A stretch of 64,000 nucleotides of DNA from an uncultured archaeon (GTDB lineage: Archaea; Thermoproteota; Bathyarchaeia; Bathyarchaeales; Bathycorpusculaceae). The stretch lies in the NCBI GenBank assembly GCA_963782915.1, contig CAWALK010000020.1, forward strand, positions 32,001-96,000. Direction: 5' to 3'. Made by a program: the position numbers and the translations under genes. The first letter of the stretch is position 1. Each line of letters begins with the position of its first letter. A model generated the notes under the pieces. It made no database searches and was not told the DNA's origin. It saw only the letters and a program-made list of their open reading frames with translations. Positions 29,489-39,964 of this stretch are shown here, in pieces.

Positions 29489-30074
29489 ATGAATTATCCC
29501 CAATTCTGGTTAACTGCTTCGCCACGCCGAAAAAGAATCTACTCAGTAGTCTTTATCCTCTTTCTTTCCATATTAGCCACTGTAGCAGGCACCTTGGTTC
29601 CCATCAGCCAACAAGATGCACAGGTAATAAGTGACCAACTAAACCAAACAGTAACTCAGGGCACATCAGGCGGCACCCTAATCCCAGACATTTTCATCAA
29701 CAACTTCTCCTTGTGCCTACTCATGTTCATTCCACTTGCTGGATTAGGCATCGGCTTATTCATACTGTTCAGCACAGGCATGGCATTTAGAGCTATCTTT
29801 GAAATACAAGCAGCCAACGGACTCTCCAGGTGCAACTACAAGCAACATTGACCCAACAACAGCGTTCTTGGCTTTAGCGTTAATCGGCGCAGTTTTCCTA
29901 CTCGAATACGTCTCCTACACCATCGCTATGACAGAGAGCGTATGGCTGTTCAGAAGGATAATGCAGAAGCGTTGGAGCGAACTAAAAATCACTGCAGCCG
30001 TAATTGGCATCGTTGCCCTATTGTTAATCATAGGTGCAGTCGTTGAAACGTATGCACTATCAATACCCCTTTAA
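29489..30074 (+). CDS. SpoIIM/DUF95 family membrane protein; frameshift near 29830
   Basis: IFINNFSLCLLMFIP, LEYVSY, LLIIGAVVE. Confidence 0.8.
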
Positions 30075-30118
30075 GGGGCAACCACTTCTATTTTTAGCGG
30101 TAGTTTTAGGGTGACTTT

Positions 30119-30667
30119 ATGAAGTTTAATTTGCCGTTCTGGCACAATGCATCCCCAAAACGGAAGCGCATCTACTCAATTCTGCTGGTTTTCTTAGTCG
30201 CTGTCTTAGCCCTACTAATTGGCACCTTAACAACACTTAGCCACAGCCAAGCCCAATACATAAGCGACAACCTAAACCAAACCCTAAACCAAAACCGCGC
30301 CAACAACACCCTAATCCAACACATATTCCTAAACAACTTCATAATTTGCCTACTAATGTTCATCCCATTAGTCGGCGCTGGATTGGGATTATACATACTC
30401 TACAACACAGGAGTCGCCCTTAACGCCTTAGCCTCAATACAGGGGTACCCAGTCTACATGGGTATCTTGAATTTGGTGGCTACGCCGATTTTCTGGATAG
30501 AATTCGCTGCCTACGCAATCGCTATGGCTGAGAGCATTTGGCTCTTTAGAAGGCTTCTGCAGGGACGGTGGGGTGAATTAAAATGGACCGCCATATCCAT
30601 CGGCGTCTGCGCGTTGCTGCTTATCGTTGGCGCAGTTGTTGAGACTTGGCTAATAACCGTCGGTTAG
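30119..30667 (+). CDS. SpoIIM/DUF95 family membrane protein (tandem paralog)
   Basis: IFLNNFIICLLMFIP, IEFAAY, LLIVGAVVE. Confidence 0.82.
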   Translation: MKFNLPFWHNASPKRKRIYSILLVFLVAVLALLIGTLTTLSHSQAQYISDNLNQTLNQNRANNTLIQHIFLNNFIICLLMFIPLVGAGLGLYILYNTGVALNALASIQGYPVYMGILNLVATPIFWIEFAAYAIAMAESIWLFRRLLQGRWGELKWTAISIGVCALLLIVGAVVETWLITVG

Positions 30668-31519
30668 CTCTTGATTATTTCAAGGCTGATGTCAAGCGCT
30701 TTGACGCTGTGGGTTAACTCGCCCATGCTTATGATGTCAACTTCTGCCGAGGCATATTCAAGCAGAGTTTCAGCTGTTATTCCTCCGCTTACCTCAAGCA
30801 GCACACGGTCAAACCCTGCCTTGCGCAGCTCCTCGCCTGCTTCTTTGGCTTGTTTGGGCGAAAAATTATCCAACATAACAATATCCGCGCCTGCTTTGGC
30901 AGCTTTGAGTGCGTCTTGGATGTTTGTTACTTCTACCTCGATTTTTTTGGCGAAGGAGGCGTTAGCTTTGGCTTTTTTAACTGCTTCCTCTGCGCTGCCA
31001 ACGATGGCAAGGTGATTGTCTTTTATGAGGACCATATCGTCTAAGTGTAGTCGGTGTGGGTCGCCTCCGCCGATGGCTACTGCTTTTTTGTCAAAGTAGA
31101 GTAGTCCTGGGGCGGATTTGCGTGTAGCTGCAATTCGGGCTTTAACTTTTGCTTTAGCCAGTTGCTCTGCTAACGTGTGGGTTTTGGTTGCTATGCCGCT
31201 CATTCGGGATAAAAGGTTGAGTAGGGTGCGTTCGACGGATAGGATGGTTTGGGCATCCCCTGAAAGTTCTAGGAGGACCTGCATGTTTTTCACTTTGCTG
31301 CCATCAGCTACTTTTGAGGTCTACTTTGAGCCCCATGGATTCTGCAAGAATGACGGCTTCTTCGATGCCTGCAACTATGCCTTCTGCTTTTGCAATCACT
31401 TCAGCCTTCACCATCAGATTCGCTGGGATAATGGCTGCTGCGGTTACATCGCCCTCGCCCAAGTCTTCCGCGAGGAACTCTCGGAGTTTCTCCTCCACAA
31501 TCCGTCTTGGCATAAACAT
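30664..31519 (-). CDS. nadC: nicotinate-nucleotide pyrophosphorylase; frameshift near 31310
   Basis: EDLGEGDVT, ATRKSAPG, HRLHLDD, IKDNH, EVEV, MLDN, EVSGGI. Confidence 0.93.
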
Positions 31520-31615
31520 GTCATCTACTCTCTCTGCCTACGCTTAAAATGCTTACCGTCACTCGCTTGAACCAAGCTAGAGAATAAATAGAATCAGCCA
31601 CTTTCTAGTCTAATT

Positions 31616-32755
31616 ATGCGACTGCTACTGAGCTGTGCTGAATTGGGGTTAGGTCATGTTTCAAGGATTATTCCACTTGGCAAAAGGCTCGAGAAGCAGG
31701 GGCATGAACTGTTCTTTTTTTCAGGCGGCAAAGCCTACGAGTTGCTGGAGAAAGAATTCAAAAACGTTAACAGGATAACGCCGATTTCTTGGTATGAGAA
31801 TGCGCATGGAATTTTGACTTCGGCGTCATTGCTTAACATGTTCATTCCCCTACCGCTCTTTAACATGGAGCTTAACAAGTTCGAAATAAAAAATTCAAAC
31901 GCATACGAAACCATCCACCGCTACTATGACCTAAGAGAAAACATCCGCGACATCTCGCCTGACGTACTCATATCAGATGGCGACATCAACGCGCTTAGGT
32001 TAGCTAGCAAATGGAAAATCCCCTCTGTCTACGTTGAAAACATGATTAGACCAAGCTATGGCTTCGCATCCTTCCTCAGCCCAGGCGAACGCTTCCTTGA
32101 ACGTTACTATAAGTCATGCGCAAAAGTCATTATCCCTGATAATCCGATGCCCTATACAGTTTCAGAGTATAGCATCGGCGACATAAACGACATGGGCATA
32201 GCTGACAGAACCGAATACGTCGGCAGCTTCATAGATACTAAACCTGAAACTGGCGGCCAAGAACACATTTTTGCGCCAATCAGCGGCCCAGTCGGAACCC
32301 GCGGTCAATTACTCAAAACCCTGATGCCAGTGCTTGAGAAAGTAAAAAGCAAATGTATCATCAGCCTGGGTACACCTGGTAAAAAGGCTTCAGCTAAAAT
32401 CGGCAACTATGAACTCTACACATGGCTCTCTGCCGAAGAACGCCGAAAAGCCATGTTGAATGCTAAATATGTGATTTTCAGCGGCGGCCATGCAACCTGC
32501 TTTGAAACCATAAAATATGGCAAACCAAGCATCTGCATTCCCACACAGCCTGAACAGCTAGGCAACGCAGCAAAACTAGAGAAAATGAACTGCTGCATAG
32601 TTGCCAAAAACAAGAAGCAACTCAAAAAAGCCATTGCAAAAATGGAATCTGAGCTGGATACTTATACAAGAAATGTTGAGAAATTAAGTGCGTTCTCAGG
32701 TAGATTCAACGGCTTGGATAGGGCAGTTGAAATCGTTGAGAGCGTACCTAACTAA
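31616..32755 (+). CDS. GT-B glycosyltransferase (GT28/MJ1255-like)
   Basis: GLGHVSR, GGHAT, PTQPEQLGNA. Confidence 0.8.
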   Translation: MRLLLSCAELGLGHVSRIIPLGKRLEKQGHELFFFSGGKAYELLEKEFKNVNRITPISWYENAHGILTSASLLNMFIPLPLFNMELNKFEIKNSNAYETIHRYYDLRENIRDISPDVLISDGDINALRLASKWKIPSVYVENMIRPSYGFASFLSPGERFLERYYKSCAKVIIPDNPMPYTVSEYSIGDINDMGIADRTEYVGSFIDTKPETGGQEHIFAPISGPVGTRGQLLKTLMPVLEKVKSKCIISLGTPGKKASAKIGNYELYTWLSAEERRKAMLNAKYVIFSGGHATCFETIKYGKPSICIPTQPEQLGNAAKLEKMNCCIVAKNKKQLKKAIAKMESELDTYTRNVEKLSAFSGRFNGLDRAVEIVESVPN

Positions 32756-32756
32756 A

Positions 32757-33380
32757 CTATTTTTTTAGGTTTAAGCGTTTGATTGAGCCGTTTGGGGTTT
32801 CTTCGTCGAAGATGATGGCTTTGAACTTGTAGATTTTAACGTCTGGGGTTAACCAGCTGTCGGGGGGTAAGCCTGCTTTCATGCAGCATTGGCAGAGGAA
32901 TTCTTCTTCAGCCCAACCCCACTCGATGGGTACCTGAGGCAGTAGTAAGCCTTTGCGGTAGCCGCGTTCGATGATTAAGCCGTCTTCGCCGACTTTGATT
33001 TGGTGCACATATTCTTTGGGGTTATCGGTTTCGACTCGTTCAGGAGGGGTTAGGACGCTGACTTCGAAGACGACATGGTCGAGTTCTTCTGGGGTTAGGG
33101 GTTCGAAGCGTGGGTCTTGTGTGGCGGCGTTGATGGCTGAGTCGATGACTGCTTCGATGAGTGGGCTTGTGGGGTATGGGTAGCCGATGCATCCGCGAAG
33201 CTCCTTCTCGGTGCCGTTTAGGGTGTTTATGGTTACGAATACGCCGCATTCAGTGAACATTTTTTGGGGTGTATCTTTCGGTGGCTTAGCTGTTTTGCCG
33301 TCTTGTAGATACTGCTTAACTGTGCTGCGGGCTAATTTAACTAAGAATTCGCCTTCTTCTTGAGTTAATTCAAAGGACAT
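32757..33380 (-). CDS. AMMECR1 domain protein (TIGR00296)
   Basis: GVFVT, LRGCIG, DPRF, EVSVLT, GLLLPQVP. Confidence 0.92.
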   Translation of the reverse strand: MSFELTQEEGEFLVKLARSTVKQYLQDGKTAKPPKDTPQKMFTECGVFVTINTLNGTEKELRGCIGYPYPTSPLIEAVIDSAINAATQDPRFEPLTPEELDHVVFEVSVLTPPERVETDNPKEYVHQIKVGEDGLIIERGYRKGLLLPQVPIEWGWAEEEFLCQCCMKAGLPPDSWLTPDVKIYKFKAIIFDEETPNGSIKRLNLKK

Positions 33381-33454
33381 AACTTTTGCTCCTACCGCGG
33401 ACTATCCGCTAACATGTTTGGTGTACTAAAAATATTAAAAGGGAAAGGTTGGAT

Positions 33455-34174
33455 TTAGAATTTTGCTGCTTCTTCAACAACGCCATCTTTGGTTATGATG
33501 ACGAAGTCTAAGCCGTCGCCGCTCATAGCGTCACGTTGGATGGCTGCTTTAACTGCGCGGGTTACGAGTTTCTTTGCTTCTTCTAGGGTCATGTTGTCTT
33601 TGAAGCCTTCTTCGACTACGCCGATTGCGGTTTCTGTGCCTGAACCGACTGCTGCATACTTGTCTGGGATCAGTGAGCCGAGTACGTCGAGAACATAGAT
33701 TGATGAGCCTTCTTCGTCTAAGCCGCCTACGATGGTTTGGGTGATGAGTGGTGCATATCTGCGGTTAAAGAGCACGTTTGCCAAGAGTTTGGCTGAGCTG
33801 CGTACGCTGATTGGTCTGCCAACGTCCATGCTGTAGAGGTTTGCTTGTGCCTGCATTTCTCTTGCGAGAATCTGCATGTCGCCTACTAAGCCTGCGCATG
33901 CTACGCCGATGCTGTCTGTTATTTTGAAGACTTTTTTGCCGCCTCTGCTCATTATGAAGCCGCCGTAGGTTACTCTTTTTTCTGCAGCTAAGAGGACTCC
34001 GCCTTGGAAGATGACGCCGACGGTGGTTGCGCCTGGAATCCAAGAGATGCCTCCTTGCGCTCCTTGGTTTTGCGCTTGGGCTTGTTGCTGCTGTGGTGCT
34101 TCTTGTACCTGCGGCATAAGTGGGATACTTGGAAGTTGAGGTAGTTGAGGTAATGATGGTCCAAATCCGTCCAT
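33455..34174 (-). CDS. psmB: proteasome subunit beta (Ala at the Thr1 position)
   Basis: GATTVG, KKVFKI, AGLVGD, GSG, RDAMSGDG; Gln-rich propeptide. Confidence 0.92.
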   Translation of the reverse strand: MDGFGPSLPQLPQLPSIPLMPQVQEAPQQQQAQAQNQGAQGGISWIPGATTVGVIFQGGVLLAAEKRVTYGGFIMSRGGKKVFKITDSIGVACAGLVGDMQILAREMQAQANLYSMDVGRPISVRSSAKLLANVLFNRRYAPLITQTIVGGLDEEGSSIYVLDVLGSLIPDKYAAVGSGTETAIGVVEEGFKDNMTLEEAKKLVTRAVKAAIQRDAMSGDGLDFVIITKDGVVEEAAKF

Positions 34175-34372
34175 AATTTTCGCCTTGGTTTAATATACAC
34201 AAGACAAATCTATGAGGTTGCTTATAACCGTTATACACAACTTTAGCTGACGGGCTTATGGCATTTTATGAGTAAAATCTGCTCCAAGCTGGGTTTTGCG
34301 CTGTAATTTTGGGTTTTTGGGTTAAACTTTTAACTTGCCTCTGTATGAATACGCTTGAGAGAGGGGATAGGT

Positions 34373-34962
34373 TTGATTGAAATTTATAGTCGAGACTTCG
34401 ACGGCACAACATTTGCGGTTGCACTGGACCAAAGCGAAGTTCTTACCACAACTTTCCGTGCAGACCAAAAAGAAGCATTAAGCACGATTTTGGATAATTT
34501 GCCTTTTAGGGTGCCTTTCCAGGTTTTCCATGAACCCACACCCATCCGCAAAAACCGCACTATTAGCCCTCAAGGATATTTATGACGGCAAAGACACCAG
34601 CCGCAACCCTGCCTTTAGCCACAGCCCACTTGCCCAGTTACACCAAAAAAGTCCTCAAAGCAACCGTAGCCATCCCCGTCGGCTACGTCACCACATATGG
34701 CGCAATCGCAGAAGCCGTCGGCGGCGGCGCAAGAGCAGTCGGAAACGCCATGGCATGCAACCGTTTCGCCCCAGTCGTTCCCTGCCACAGAGTTGTTAAA
34801 TCGGATTTGTCGTTGGGCGGTTATGGCGCAGGCGGATTACAAGTTAAATTCGAGTTTTTGAGTAGAGAAAAACGCGGCTACACCGAACCCAAAACTGTCG
34901 AGGTCTCTGGGGGTCAACTCAAGGTCTTTCCAGTCGAGCATGTTTTAGCAAAGTTTGCTTAA
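34373..34962 (+). CDS. ogt: methylated-DNA--protein-cysteine methyltransferase; frameshifted
   Basis: IPVGYVTTYG, ARAVGNA, PCHRVV. Confidence 0.88.
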
Positions 34963-35017
34963 GCTTGCTTACGCAAATCATAAAAGCAGCGCGCCCAACC
35001 ACACAGCAGGGATAACT

Positions 35018-35548
35018 ATAGCAGTCACTCGAGGTCTTTACGTCGGCAGATTCCAACCCTTCCACAACGGGCACTTAGACGCCATAAAATACTGCCTCAA
35101 AGGCGTCGACGAATTAGTCGTTGTCATCGGCAGCGCCCAATACAGCCACAACAGCTACAACCCCTTCACAGCAGGCGAACGACTAGTTATGGTGCGCCGT
35201 GCCCTCTATGAAGCAGGCGTAGACTCCACAAAACTCTGGATTGTCCCCGTACCCGATGTCCATCTGCATATGCTCTGGGTAAGCGCAGTAGAAGGCTACA
35301 CACCCAAATTCAACGTAGTCTACTCCAACGAGCCCTTAACGCGCAGGTTGTTTATGGAGGCAGGCTACAAAGTTCAGGATTTGCCGCTGTTTGATAGGAA
35401 AGTTTACATGTCAACGTTGGTTCGGGAAAAAATGGTTAAGGGCGAAAGCTGGACTACACTGGTGCCCAAAGCCGTGGCTGATTTTATACTTGAAATCGAC
35501 GGCGTAAACCGGCTCAGAGATTTAGCCAGAACAGATAAAGTCTGCTAA
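35018..35548 (+). CDS. nadM: nicotinamide-nucleotide adenylyltransferase
   Basis: GRFQPFHNGH, GSAQ, NPFTAGER; start uncertain (ATA at 35018 or TTG at 34955). Confidence 0.9.
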   Translation: MAVTRGLYVGRFQPFHNGHLDAIKYCLKGVDELVVVIGSAQYSHNSYNPFTAGERLVMVRRALYEAGVDSTKLWIVPVPDVHLHMLWVSAVEGYTPKFNVVYSNEPLTRRLFMEAGYKVQDLPLFDRKVYMSTLVREKMVKGESWTTLVPKAVADFILEIDGVNRLRDLARTDKVC

Positions 35549-36123
35549 ACAACGATAACATCCTGTTTGGCTTTGTGCCAGTAACGCCAAGCCAACATAT
35601 ACGTTGTAATCAACACCAACAAATTGATAAATACACTAAAAATGTCGCCGACTATCGCGAAAAAGTTGTTGGCAGCATGCAATCCCACCGCTATTAGGTA
35701 GTAGGGTAGCGGATTCTTTTTTGCAACTCCATACGCAGTTATGGTTGCGCTGGAAGCATGGAAAATGATGCCAGGCAATCTGGCTACGGGTGATGCTCCA
35801 ACGAATGCTACGTATTCGACGAATTCTGCAATCCCAAACCCCAACCCAATCAACAACCCGAGCGATACAAGGGAACGTTGGGTTTCGCCGTGGCGATAGA
35901 AGAGCGGGAACACTTTAGCAAGTTCTTCAACGAACGGAGCCAAAACCACAACCAGCAACGCCGCAGCCAGCACAGTTGAGGATGGAGCGAGCCCCTCAAA
36001 AAACGATGCAAACGGAATACTCACCAAAAAGCCTGTAGCAAAGAAGAAGATGTATTCCCGCCGCTTAGGCTTATGAATCGGAATAACGCATTGCCGCGGC
36101 TGTTCTGGTTGCGGATTCTCCAT
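35545..36123 (-). CDS. PrsW family intramembrane protease
   Basis: APFVEELAK, GLGFGIAE, FH, HAANN. Confidence 0.85.
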   Translation of the reverse strand: MENPQPEQPRQCVIPIHKPKRREYIFFFATGFLVSIPFASFFEGLAPSSTVLAAALLVVVLAPFVEELAKVFPLFYRHGETQRSLVSLGLLIGLGFGIAEFVEYVAFVGASPVARLPGIIFHASSATITAYGVAKKNPLPYYLIAVGLHAANNFFAIVGDIFSVFINLLVLITTYMLAWRYWHKAKQDVIVV

Positions 36124-36183
36124 AAAAAGTAGCTTCCTAAAAATATTGAAGCTAATCTTGCTTATCAGCGTTTATGCAAGCAA

Positions 36184-37542
36184 TCAAAACCCAGCAGCTA
36201 CTGGGTCGGAGGGCTTCATTAATTCCCGCAGAAGCACTGTGGCATAGCAGCCGCGGAGCAGCATAAAACTGACCTTCAGTGAGTCCTCCGAGGCATCAAG
36301 GAGCTTGAAATCTTTAACAGGCGTCAAAACCGTACGCAACCCACCTTTGCCACCCGCTCTGGAAAGTTCATTGAGCCGTGATTGGACCGTCGCCGATGCC
36401 TTCCGCCTCAAGCACTTCCTGCTCGATTTCGCCCATAGCGCCGCCCGAGAGTTTCTGTTTCATGCCAAAAATCGGCAGTGCAACACGCATCTTACCCGCC
36501 TTAACCGCCGCATTAATTTGCGCCAAGTTCTCTGCGGTAACAACCTTATCCACAGTAGTCAACGGCAACCCAGACCGCTCAACCGCAACCACAAAATCGC
36601 CGACAACCGCCTCATTGAGCGGCAACCCATGCAAGATACGTTGGCTTAGGAAACGGTTGAAGAGATAGGACTGGTGGGCTTGGACAAAAAGCGCCTGAAG
36701 TTTAGGCTGTAACCGCTGAAAAGCGCCGACATAATCGGTTGGGTTATTGGCTAAGTGAGGTGAGCATTAGGCGTTCGAATCGGAGTTGTCTTGGAAAATT
36801 CTCTGCTGCCGCTTTGAAATCGTGGGTTTCTTCGAGTTGCTCTCGTGCCTGCCGTGACGAGGGATGCTCATAAGGGCTCGGCTTTGCTAAGAATAGCATT
36901 GCTGCTTCTTCGAAGTTGCCTTGGGTGAGGGCTTTTCCGACGAGGTGTGTTATGGGGCGTGTGGTGCCGAAGCGTTGGTGCCCGAAGTAGTTTGGGATGC
37001 CGCCTTGTTGGGTGAGTTCTTGGATGGTCTGTTCGATTTGCTCTTTGGCGTCTGCTTGGGTGACAGTTGGGTTTTTGATGGTTATCGTGAAATTGTTTCC
37101 TAAGAGATAGAACAGCGAGAGCATTTCTCGGACATAGCCGATTGGGGTGACTTTGAGGTCTTTAACATCAACCTTCCCAGCTTCTTCAACGGAGACGTTT
37201 TCTATAGTGATATGCTGAGCCGTTACGGCTTTAGCGTCTTTTATTCCTGCGAATTGGACGCGGTTTTGGTCTATGCCCAAGGGATTGGGCGACGTTTTTG
37301 GTGGCTATGAAGGTGTCCCAGTTGCGCTTAACCATCGTGCACAGCAGGAACCGCTGGGGCTGCGCCGATGAGCCAATAACTCTGGCGGGGACCGTTCCGC
37401 TTATGCTGGCTTTAGTGCCATCCACAAGTACTTCTTCAACGACAAAATCATCCACCGATTCCTTCAGTTTGCCGCCTACACCCGCCGCTTTGGTAGCGTA
37501 AGCATCCATACCCAGCAATTTGTCAACGTCAGGAATCGGCAA
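36184..37542 (-). CDS. truD: tRNA pseudouridine(13) synthase TruD; frameshifted
   Basis: DFVVEE, FAGIKDAKAVT, NYFGHQRFG, LFVQAHQSYLFN, GCYATVLLRE. Confidence 0.9.
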
Positions 37543-37551
37543 AACTGTCGC

Positions 37552-37917
37552 CTATAATAGTTTTAATTCGCGAGTAAGCCTGTCAATCTTCTCAGTTGGA
37601 GCGGGACCGATGCCCAAACAGGTAATTGAACCCTCGGGAATCTGGGTTAAACCAGCATCAACAATGAGTGCATGTGGCAAACCCAAGTCTTCTGCAAACT
37701 TTTCCAATTCACACAGTTCCTTTTCAGTCTGAACCTTCAATGCAACCTTTTTTTGACCTTCATACATCCATGCATCCCACCATTTCTTATGGTGTACATA
37801 GGCGTCTTGGGCTGCTGAGATGGCTGCGTGACCTGCTTGTGCTGCGATTTTGCCTTTGCCCATTTGCAGGTCGGTTCGGAAGATTAGGACTTGTTTGTAT
37901 TCGAATCGGTCTGACAT
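37552..37917 (-). CDS. pth2: peptidyl-tRNA hydrolase Pth2
   Basis: RTDLQMGKGKIAAQAGHA, DAGLTQI, GIGPAP. Confidence 0.95.
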   Translation of the reverse strand: MSDRFEYKQVLIFRTDLQMGKGKIAAQAGHAAISAAQDAYVHHKKWWDAWMYEGQKKVALKVQTEKELCELEKFAEDLGLPHALIVDAGLTQIPEGSITCLGIGPAPTEKIDRLTRELKLL

Positions 37918-37953
37918 TTCGGGTTTCCCGCGTATAGGTTAGCATGCGAGATT

Positions 37954-39190
37954 TTAAGGGTTTGCAGACAGGTAGAGTAGCCCGAAGTATGCGAGTGCTG
38001 CCCACATCGCTGGTTTTCCAGCAACGGACATGAGCATCTTTCCCTGATAATCAATTTCGTCAACGTCGCTAAGGGCTTTGTCTACGCCTAGTTTGCCGCA
38101 GACGCGGAGCATTTCGTCGAGTTTTGTGTCGGAGAGGGAATCGAGGAATCGCCGTAGCCGCAGCATAACTTGAATGTCGAAGTTTAGGAGGTCGTCGCAG
38201 CGTTTCTGGTACGCTTGCAGTGCGTTGGCTGAGGTATCGCCTTTTTTGAGGGCTTGGGCTGCTACTTCGGCTGCTTCACGGGCACATGTCAATCCAAAGA
38301 TAACTCCGCCGCCAGTCGTAGGCTTAACCTGTGAAGCGCAATCGCCCATCGCCAAAAACCCATCCGCATAAGCCCTCCTGATTGGTCCGCCCAAGCTGAT
38401 GGCGTGGTAGCCCGCCTGCGTAATTTTGGCTTTCGCAAGCTGCTTGGATGCGACGGGGTGCTTAGTCATGAGGCGTTTGAGGTATGCTCGGGGGTCGCCT
38501 TGGTTGGTGGCTAAGCCGAGTTTGGCTGTGCCGTCGGGTTTGGGGATGAGCCAGCCGTAGAAGCCTGGGGCGTAGGTTTTGCCGAAGTAGACTTCGACTG
38601 CGTTCATTTCGATGTCTTGGGCTCCTGTGATTTCGGTTTCGACTGCGTAGACTAAGCCGCTGGGTTTAAGCGCCTTTAATCCAGCTTGGCGTAGGAGCCG
38701 CGAAGATATTCCTTCTGAATCAAAAACTATCTTTGAATTAACCTCAACTTCTGTGCCGTCTGCCCGTTTAACGTTAATGCCCTTCACAGAGCCATTCTGC
38801 ATCAGCAGTGACTGCACACGAGTGCTCACCTCGAAATGTGCCCCAGCCGCCTGTGCCTGCTTAGCCAAGATACTGGTCGAACCTTGCCCTATTGAGCGCA
38901 GTAGTCACTGGACAAGAAAGATGCAACGAAAACTTGGTGCCTTGAGGCGAGTAAAAGTTGGCAGCGCAAAAATTGTTCTCGATAATGCCGTCGGGCAGTG
39001 GATAAAGCCCCATGTTTCTGAGGCTTCGAATGCTAATATGCCCTGCACAATGAGATGGATAACCGATTTGGGGGTGCTCTTCGTAAACTGTGACGGGGAT
39101 GCCTTTTTTGGCTAAGTGAAGGGCTGCGTAGGAGCCGACGGGTCCGCCTCCGACGACCACTGCATCGGCTGGAAGTTTTTGGGCATTCAT
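37954..39190 (-). CDS. geranylgeranyl reductase family flavoprotein; frameshift near 38866
   Basis: VVGGGPVG, HCAG, RARFD, APGFYGWLIP, GDCASQVKPTTGGG. Confidence 0.85.
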
Positions 39191-39264
39191 CGCTTAGGTA
39201 CTGTGTTGGCTTGTTTATATAAGGGGAGGGGAGGTAGCGGCAGAGCAATAAACCCGTTTTGCGA

Positions 39265-39808
39265 TTATTCTCGCCAGTTTTCAGGTCTATTCATGGCGTT
39301 TGAACCCATTACTTTGCCTTTAACGGTACCGAGTATGTTTGGTTTTAGGGCTTGTACCATCCATGCGTCAGCGACTTCGGTTGGGATGGGATATGTGGGT
39401 TCGAACCCATATTTAGCGGCTGGAGTAAACCCATATTTTGGGTAGTATGCTGGATGTCCGAGTACGAAATACGATTTCTATGCCTGATTGTGCTTGGAGT
39501 TGTATGCCTTTTTTGATGAGGCTGCCGCCGATGCCTTGCTTCTGAAATTTGGGTACAACTGCCAGAGGCGCCAAAAGCGAAGCCACTACCTCGGGGGCGT
39601 TTGTGATGTATGCTTTTGTGAAGAGGATATGCCCAACAGGTTGATCTTCGACGTAGGCGAGCAGGGATAAGGTGGGTTGTGCGGTAGGATCAGCTAATAG
39701 GTCTCTTGTGAGGTTGGCTTCTCCTTCGGTTTTAAACGCCGCTCGTTCCACTGCCCATATGTCATTTAGGTCGGCACTGGTTGTTTCACGTATTAGCATG
39801 TTAATCAC
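39265..39808 (-). CDS. GNAT N-acetyltransferase (YhbS-like); frameshift near 39465
   Basis: LAPLAVVPKFQKQGIG..VLGHPAYYPKYGF..MNRPENWRE. Confidence 0.85.
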
Positions 39809-39964
39809 TATAGTAAAGTTGGGTTTGCCTTAATATAACAAGGGATACTCCGTCAGCCCAGCCTTTAATATTTCTCGATGTATTCAGGTATCGAATAACA
39901 GCCGTTTGAGCCGCAAACCTTAAAACACGAACAAAGAAGATAACGCTTGACAGGAAGGATTGAT

